A stretch of 64,000 nucleotides of DNA from Bacteroidales bacterium (GTDB taxonomy: Bacteria; Bacteroidota; Bacteroidia; Bacteroidales; G3-4614), in assembly GCA_036656055.1 (NCBI GenBank), contig JAVVOY010000002.1, forward strand, positions 6,689 to 70,688, written 5' to 3'. How positions within the stretch are numbered: position 1 is the first letter of the stretch; the number at the start of each line of letters is the position of its first letter. Of the stretch, positions 63,722-64,000 are shown piece by piece. Position numbers and translations under genes: made by a program. Under the pieces are notes generated by a model, which saw nothing but the letters and a program-made list of their open reading frames with translations, searched no databases and had not been told where the DNA came from.

Positions 63722-64000
63722 ATGAGATACAATATAATAATTATTGTACTTTTGTTAAGTACAATTGTAATGTTAGGATGTTTAAACAAAAGCAATTATC
63801 AGCCAATAAAGATATCTCGTTTTGACAGAGAGTTAATAATATCTTTGGATAGTACTACAAGTAGTAAGACCAAAGATATATTTATGAGAAATTTCGGGGA
63901 ACTACTTAAAATATATGGCTGTGGTGTATTGAGGTGTAATGCTTCTGATGCTTCTGATAGTTCTATTTTAAATCAGATTTCAACGATATATAGTGACCGC
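63722..64000 (+). CDS. lipoprotein, N-terminal fragment (runs off the window end); possibly GldB/DUF2268-like
   Basis: Hand-translated and open to the window end: MRYNIIIIVLLLSTIVMLGCLNKSNYQPIKISRFDRELI... It has a lipobox (MLGC). The I.RFD.EL motif shortly after the Cys is reminiscent of GldB-type lipoproteins, but that is a weak recollection. Confidence 0.5.
   Translation, partial: MRYNIIIIVLLLSTIVMLGCLNKSNYQPIKISRFDRELIISLDSTTSSKTKDIFMRNFGELLKIYGCGVLRCNASDASDSSILNQISTIYSDR

Overview
A 64-kb, gene-dense, AT-rich chromosomal segment with about 62 protein-coding genes. It looks like core genome of a member of Bacteroidota (Bacteroidales-like). Supporting evidence: a 286-aa primary sigma factor, TAnnTTTG promoter boxes upstream of many genes, T9SS C-terminal sorting domains, BspA-type LRR proteins, and the overall gene content.

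Recognisable blocks:
- Minus strand, 1-9.2 kb: aspartokinase (partial), ftsE-like ATPase, hisIE-hisF-hisA-hisH, purU, prmA, a small YtxH/holin-like membrane triad, and a lipase-like lipoprotein.
- Plus strand, 9.4-30.4 kb: uvrA, htrA, rpoD, an LRR T9SS cargo protein, the leu operon (leuA-leuC-leuD-cimA-like-leuB), dxr, rseP, rlmI-like, and DPP III plus an AlkD-like ORF.
- 30.4-46 kb: a secreted beta-propeller, a divergent peroxiredoxin/Fur-family pair, purA, a GT51 transglycosylase, rarA, serC-serA-DUF1015, an ECF sigma cluster, a second LRR protein, and mscL.
- 46.1-53 kb: a TPP-riboswitch-controlled thiamine operon (thiD-thiS-thiE-like-thiE-thiG-thiC-thiH-thiF).
- Minus strand, 53-63.5 kb: malQ, class II RNR nrdJ, (nitroreductase on the plus strand), dnaA, mlaD, and an amidase-SPOR protein, followed by a partial lipoprotein gene on the plus strand.

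I saw no rRNA, tRNA, CRISPR array, transposase, integrase or obvious defence island, so this is an ordinary housekeeping region. I cannot point to a clear-cut novel multi-gene system.

The most interesting observations:
1. A candidate Leu/Ile-rich leader-peptide attenuator upstream of leuA.
2. DPP III and an AlkD/ARM-like ORF in the same reading frame, separated by a single TAA.
3. An ECF sigma factor coupled to an anti-sigma-like protein that carries a C-terminal outer-membrane beta-barrel-like domain.
4. A Cys-rich N-terminal extension on a peroxiredoxin that sits divergent from a Fur/PerR-like gene.

All protein family calls come from motif and sequence recognition by eye. No database search was run.
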